A stretch of DNA of 39,474 nucleotides from positions 1-39,474 of IMG/VR virus record IMGVR_UViG_3300025621_000021. One strand, given 5' to 3'. The notes beneath the pieces are model-generated. The model worked only from the letters and a program-made list of their open reading frames with translations, did not search any database and was not told the DNA's origin. This document shows positions 35,454 through 39,474 of this stretch, one piece after another; within the stretch, counting starts at the first letter, position 1, and each line of letters begins with the position of its first letter. The stretch comes from a virus (taxonomy: Duplodnaviria > Caudoviricetes). Both the position numbers and the translations under genes were made by a program.

Positions 35454-35855
35454 TTATCTATTGTACGCAGTTACTTGGTTGTGTTGTAGTTTAACTTGAT
35501 CTGCATAGTATACAAAACTTTCGTCCTTCTTGTCAACAAAAGTCTCATACTTATATGGATTATATGTTACCTCTGTCGCGGGGAGATCGGTGTCTACATT
35601 CTCTGCGTCTTGAAGATAGCCCTTGACAAATGCGTGAACATTCTTACGCTTTTCACGGAGAACTTTTTCTCTACCCTTAACATCAACATGAAAATAACAA
35701 TCCCACATTCCAATTGAATGATCCTTTGGGATGTGAGCTTTAACTAATCCGTGTTGCTTTACTGACCAGCAGTCTTTGTGAAGATTCTTGTATACATAAA
35801 CAGGTCGGTTAGACTTGAGGATGTATCGTGGGTCTTGTTGGTTTCTCTTTATCAT
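35454..35855 (-). CDS. Conserved phage protein (VYKNLHK..WSV..RKNVHAFV..YNPYK)
   Basis: Recurrent phage motif set; ATG 35855 after TTGCGT-N17-TACTAT-N6. Confidence 0.75.
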   Translation of the reverse strand: MIKRNQQDPRYILKSNRPVYVYKNLHKDCWSVKQHGLVKAHIPKDHSIGMWDCYFHVDVKGREKVLREKRKNVHAFVKGYLQDAENVDTDLPATEVTYNPYKYETFVDKKDESFVYYADQVKLQHNQVTAYNR

Positions 35856-35920
35856 ATATACATAGTAGACCATCTTTTTAGTTAACGCAAGAAAAAAAAC
35901 AATTAAAACGAAAATAGTCA

Positions 35921-35987
35921 TAACTGCTTGAACATCAACACTTTGCGCGGGCCCGGCCGCCGCAACCCCTTGGTTATCAACGACTTA
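35921..35987 (-). repeat. 67-bp element R13 (reverse core, most diverged)
   Basis: TAACTGCTTG aacat CAACACTTTG c GCGGGCCCGGCCGCC g CAACCCCTTG gttat CAACGACTTA. Confidence 0.88.
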
Positions 35988-36225
35988 TGTAATTTTTTAA
36001 TTTTGTAGCTTAATTTTTAATTAAATTTTATTTTATATTGTAGTTTTTTATATTGTAGTTTATATATTTATAGTATTTGTATTATATATATTTGTAGTTG
36101 TTGTATTTGTAAGGGGCCTATTTGTAAACGGTAGAGTTGTAATTGGGCGGAGCCCGCATTATTCAGACTTCACCAGGATTAATGCCAAAAAAAGAGTCAA
36201 AGCAATATAAGCTAACATCATATTC

Positions 36226-36516
36226 TTAAGCACGTATGGATTCAATCGCTTCCTTCACTGAGAGGGGCACGAATGGAGACTGAGCCATGTCGTCAAGTGC
36301 TCTAGACGGAATAGAAACATCACGAAGATAGTCTCCGTCCGCCTCCTTCTCTGACATAATAGTCTTAGCCATGTAAGCACCGGCTACCTCTCGGGAATTA
36401 CCGAAACGCATAAGCACAGGAATGTTAGGCACCTCCTTCTCAAGCACCTCAAGGTCGTTGGAATCGATAAAGCCGAATTGTTCTTTAGATATAATTTTTA
36501 GTAATGTTTTAATCAT
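36226..36516 (-). CDS. Hypothetical protein
   Basis: 96 aa; TTGACA-N17-TATATT-N6-ATG. Confidence 0.7.
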   Translation of the reverse strand: MIKTLLKIISKEQFGFIDSNDLEVLEKEVPNIPVLMRFGNSREVAGAYMAKTIMSEKEADGDYLRDVSIPSRALDDMAQSPFVPLSVKEAIESIRA

Positions 36517-36552
36517 AAGTATAATATATGTGTTTTTGTTGGTTGTGTCAAA

Positions 36553-36792
36553 TTAATACGGCGGAAATAGTAAAATTAAATTGTCCTTGGAGCCGCCCTT
36601 TGGGTGAGTTAAAACTCCTATCGCTCTAATGTTGTTTGGCTCATCATCAATCCAATATAAATCTTTCAATTCATAAGTGCGCATTAAGTCTTTGAACGAA
36701 TCATCCATGTGCCCTTGTATGAATTTTATGCTCGATGGTGATGGTGGCGAGTTAATTCTTCTTCTATATCCATTGTTTATTATTGGTATCAT
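36553..36792 (-). CDS. Small protein, paralog of 38845-39057
   Basis: ATG 36792; PSSIKFIQGHMDDSFKDLMRTYELKDLYWI..RAIGVL..NLILLFP. Confidence 0.7.
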   Translation of the reverse strand: MIPIINNGYRRRINSPPSPSSIKFIQGHMDDSFKDLMRTYELKDLYWIDDEPNNIRAIGVLTHPKGGSKDNLILLFPPY

Positions 36793-36830
36793 GTATATGA
36801 GTATGGCAGAAATGTGGCGCTTGTCAATAA

Positions 36831-36867
36831 ATAAAAAACCCCCCTTGCGGATTAACGCAAGAGGGGC
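36831..36867 (-). terminator. Rho-independent terminator closing the ncRNA transcript
   Basis: Minus strand CCCCTCTTGCG-ttaatc-CGCAAGGGGGG followed by T tract. Confidence 0.8.
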
Positions 36868-36956
36868 ATAATAACAAAACAGCGAATAACCAACTCGCAA
36901 TAGAAAGACCCGCCTCCTTTAAAACCCATTAAAAAGGGGGCGAGATATTATGAAAA

Positions 36957-37143
36957 TGGTGTGGGAAGGGATTACTGTATACCCTCGACTTTTCGGGATG
37001 AACATCAGTTCATGGTTTCCTACTTCGCACTACAAATTAGACTTGGTATTCGTCATCGACTCATCCGATTGGACTCTATCGCTCCACCACAGAGAATTTG
37101 CATACTTTAGCCCGCTCATCACAGGCTTATTCAGTCACCCACA
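36957..37143 (-). ncRNA. manA-like structured RNA (about 187 nt) ending in CCA
   Basis: 5' TGTGGG pairs with 3' CCCACA; GACTGAATAA near 5' end, internal GTGGTG and 3' GAGGGTATACAGTAATCCCTT match my recollection of the phage manA motif; flanked by promoter and terminator. Confidence 0.65.
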
Positions 37144-37177
37144 GGAAGGATTATAAGCCCTTCCAAAGTTTTTAAAA

Positions 37178-37263
37178 TGTTAAAGATCAAGCTTATTTTA
37201 TTTAATTGAGTTTAGCTTTCTCAATGATTTATATAGTATACTCTATTATTTGTTATTTGTCAA
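37178..37263 (-). promoter_or_regulatory. Consensus sigma70 promoter plus boxA-like element upstream of the ncRNA
   Basis: TTGACA-N17-TATACT at 37263-37235; TGATCTTTAACA at 37189-37178 (one mismatch to rrn boxA TGCTCTTTAACA). Confidence 0.7.
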
Positions 37264-37361
37264 GTTCTTTTTTGGAAATTTATAATCTTTATTCCATACT
37301 AGTATGTTTATTGATTGTCCTTTGTATTTAAAATTATTATTATATTTAAAATTATACATAA

Positions 37362-37601
37362 TTATTTATTAAGTTTGCGAAGTTCTTTTAATAAGTCTTT
37401 TATTTTATTGTAACTATCTTTGGGCGGAAACATATCATTTGTTTGTGGATATATTATTGATCCGTATAAATCTTCTAGGAACTCTTCCGCTTTAACTAAT
37501 TTAATTAAAGAAATTTCTTTTGGAGTTAATTGTTCCTCCAACTCTTTATTGGATGCAAACATACTAACCTTGTCGCTGATGGGCTTGATTGAGGCATCCA
37601 T
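37362..37601 (-). CDS. Hypothetical protein
   Basis: 79 aa, TAATG-coupled to upstream gene. Confidence 0.6.
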   Translation of the reverse strand: MDASIKPISDKVSMFASNKELEEQLTPKEISLIKLVKAEEFLEDLYGSIIYPQTNDMFPPKDSYNKIKDLLKELRKLNK

Positions 37602-37780
37602 TACGCAACCCTCCTTGCTCGCTGAGCTTGAATCTGTAGCAATCTACGATCCGCTTGTCGTTGTTGGGCTTTAATAGAATCCTCTACTACTGAACCATAG
37701 TTGGCGAACTTAAACTGCTTGATGTAAGTTCCTTTGGAGATGTTTGATGCGATGTGTGATGCTCTTGCTGAATTGCTCAT
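37601..37780 (-). CDS. Small basic protein (59 aa)
   Basis: Own translation MSNSARASHIASNISKGTYIKQFKFANYGSVVEDSIKAQQRQADRRLLQIQAQRARRVA. Confidence 0.6.
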   Translation of the reverse strand: MSNSARASHIASNISKGTYIKQFKFANYGSVVEDSIKAQQRQADRRLLQIQAQRARRVA

Positions 37781-37784
37781 GGTT

Positions 37785-37994
37785 TTATTGGTTGTTGTTA
37801 TTGTTGGTGATAAGATTAACTATATAGACTTCTTGTGTCGTGTCAACCACTTTTTTTGTAAAATTTAAACATTCGGGGCAATAACCTTTTCTCCAAGAAG
37901 GATTATCTCTCCCGCAATCACAAAGCATTCCGCCTAGTATTTGAGACTTCGGGGCGCAACTAGAAAACAATAGAATAAATAATAAATACTTCAT
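37785..37994 (-). CDS. Small putative lipoprotein with CxC..CxxC
   Basis: MKYLLFILLFSSC lipobox-like N-terminus. Confidence 0.5.
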   Translation of the reverse strand: MKYLLFILLFSSCAPKSQILGGMLCDCGRDNPSWRKGYCPECLNFTKKVVDTTQEVYIVNLITNNNNNQ

Positions 37995-38296
37995 TTTTTT
38001 CTTTTTCTTGATTCCTTTAGTATTTTCTTATCTTGCAACATATCATTAATGTAGAATTCATTATTAAAGATGCCCCGAATGTTCTGACCATTATTGGTTA
38101 GCTTATTCAAGTGTGCTTTAAGGTCGTCTATCATGCCGTGTACGACTTCTAGCGCCTCATCTTTTGATGCGGTCTTGCCTGTGGCTAGAGTTGTTAGCTT
38201 TGCGCCCGCTTTTAATTCTTTTTTTAATTTAGTTAATTCTTTTTTAATATCAATTATTTCATCTAATTTTGTATTTATATCTCTAGCTAAACTCAT
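37991..38296 (-). CDS. Coiled-coil hypothetical protein
   Basis: 101 aa ORF. Confidence 0.65.
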   Translation of the reverse strand: MSLARDINTKLDEIIDIKKELTKLKKELKAGAKLTTLATGKTASKDEALEVVHGMIDDLKAHLNKLTNNGQNIRGIFNNEFYINDMLQDKKILKESRKRKK

Positions 38297-38399
38297 ATTT
38301 GTTATTTGTTATTTGTTAATTTGTAATTCATTATTTGACCAAGTATGAATAATCGGGGCAAAAAGTCAACACTTTTATTTAGTTGGTGTAAAATAAATC

Positions 38400-38774
38400 A
38401 TGGATTATAAAACAAAAAAGAAAATTATTATTAATTATTTATTAAACTACTTTGTTAACTTTGTGGGTGAGGTCGAATTTGCCGTACCCCATAAACTGGT
38501 GTCCGCTCATTGGGCGCAGACTACATACGAAAGGCTTAGTGAACAAGAGAGGGAGAACATCTATCTTGCGTCCCTATCCAAGCAAGCTAAACACAAAGCA
38601 AAGATAATTGATTATTTGGAACATTCGCTTTCAGGTTCACTCACCATGTCTGAAGTTAATGGCTCGCCCGAAAAGAGAAGGATGCGTATTGAAGAGTATG
38701 CCCGACATAAATACGACTCGATGTCCGAGCGTGACAAACAAGCTATACTCAACATAATAAACAATAGAATATAA
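38400..38774 (+). CDS. Hypothetical protein with internal duplicated motif (YERLSEQER / YDSMSERDK)
   Basis: 124 aa; GTGTA 9 nt upstream suggests late expression. Confidence 0.65.
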   Translation: MDYKTKKKIIINYLLNYFVNFVGEVEFAVPHKLVSAHWAQTTYERLSEQERENIYLASLSKQAKHKAKIIDYLEHSLSGSLTMSEVNGSPEKRRMRIEEYARHKYDSMSERDKQAILNIINNRI

Positions 38775-38844
38775 TATACTTATTTGAATAAAACAAAATT
38801 ACAATTTAAAAAAACTATTATTTAAAAATTAAACAAAAAAATTA

Positions 38845-39057
38845 TTAATATTTACCTTCTATATAATTGGGGAATAGCATTACTAGATTGCTATCAGTAT
38901 AACCCTCATCTGTTGGCTCTGCTAGCTTACCTACTGCCCTAGCGCCCTCGTCTGTCTCGATCCAATCTAGGTCTTCAATCAAGTAGACCTCCATTAACTC
39001 CTTGAAACTATTTTCTAGATGCCCCTCAAGGAACTCAACTGATGGATCTTTCGGCAT
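38845..39057 (-). CDS. Small protein, paralog of 36553-36792
   Basis: PSVEFLEGHLENSFKELMEVYLIEDLDWI..RAVGKL..NLVMLFP. Confidence 0.7.
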   Translation of the reverse strand: MPKDPSVEFLEGHLENSFKELMEVYLIEDLDWIETDEGARAVGKLAEPTDEGYTDSNLVMLFPNYIEGKY

Positions 39058-39474
39058 TTTAAAAATCTTTTTTAATATTTTATTATTATTTGGGGCTTAT
39101 TAATTAATATTTTATTTGTAATTTTATTATTTCGGGGCTTTTATTTGTAATTATTTGTTATTGTTACTGATATTATTGTTTATTATTATTTGCTTAAATA
39201 AGCTAAAGCAAACTAAAACAAACTAAAATGTGCTAAAACTTTCTAAAATCATTTAAAATATTTTATTATTATTTGTAGAATGGATAGCCAAATCTATTTC
39301 GTTCTGTTTTTATTTTTGGTTTTGTTTTGTTATTATTATTGCGCCTTTTAAGTTTTAATATTAAATTATAAATTATTATTATTAATCGCGCGAGGGTTTT
39401 GGTTATCTGTTTCATTTGCTTATTGTTTCTTTTTCTATATAAAATTAAAATAAATAATTAAAAAGCCGACATCA

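Noticed and set aside
25094-35987. CRISPR array interpretation of the repeats
   Set aside because: Intervals are about 220-2200 bp, contain genes and promoters, orientation flips, and no cas genes are present
25094-35987. TIGR-like guide array or classical integron
   Set aside because: Units are not tandem (except R6), variable parts are only 5 nt, no box C/D-type motifs or Nop-domain gene; no GTTRRRY/RYYYAAC ends, no integrase, and cassettes carry their own promoters
25094-35987. Elements as ordinary intrinsic terminators
   Set aside because: No consistent U tract, they also occur between divergent promoters (R8, R10), and separate canonical terminators lie next to R1, R11 and R12
36957-37143. 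tRNA or tmRNA call from the paired ends and CCA
   Set aside because: No TTCRA T-loop or cloverleaf; too long for tRNA and too short for tmRNA
36950-37156. 68-aa plus-strand ORF
   Set aside because: Antisense to a structured RNA that has its own promoter and terminator on the minus strand
1-39474. Alternative genetic code, or introns/inteins in terL or capsid
   Set aside because: Core genes are full length under the standard code, all three stops are used, and no intein or homing-endonuclease insertions are evident

Overview
AT-rich fragment of a large tailed dsDNA bacteriophage genome (Caudoviricetes; host not determinable from this window). The left part (1-23.4 kb, mostly minus strand) is a late/morphogenesis region: tail tube-like protein truncated at the edge, neck/head-closure genes, head-fibre repeat protein, HK97-type major capsid, decoration protein, protease/scaffold, portal, large terminase, ERCC4-type nuclease, a phage sigma factor, a GAF-domain holin-like protein, PhoH and a tail-fibre protein. 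Many of these genes have a GTGTA motif 9-13 nt before the start codon. The right part (23.8-39.4 kb) is an early/accessory region of about 50 small genes, many with their own sigma70 promoter ending 5-6 nt before the start codon (leaderless), plus a manA-like structured RNA with a boxA-like leader. The most striking feature is a family of 13 indel-free 67-bp elements between 25.1 and 36.0 kb: two 25-bp palindromes (TAAGTCGTTG-N5-CAACGACTTA) 42 bp apart around an oriented GC core (GGCGGCC-N-GGCCCGC). They bound small gene cassettes, sit at all five transcription strand switches, show left/right halves reassorted at the core, and are helically phased to promoters. This is a candidate cassette-shuffling/inversion or global regulatory system; no recombinase is encoded in this window. 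All family assignments come from recognising motifs by eye, not from database searches.
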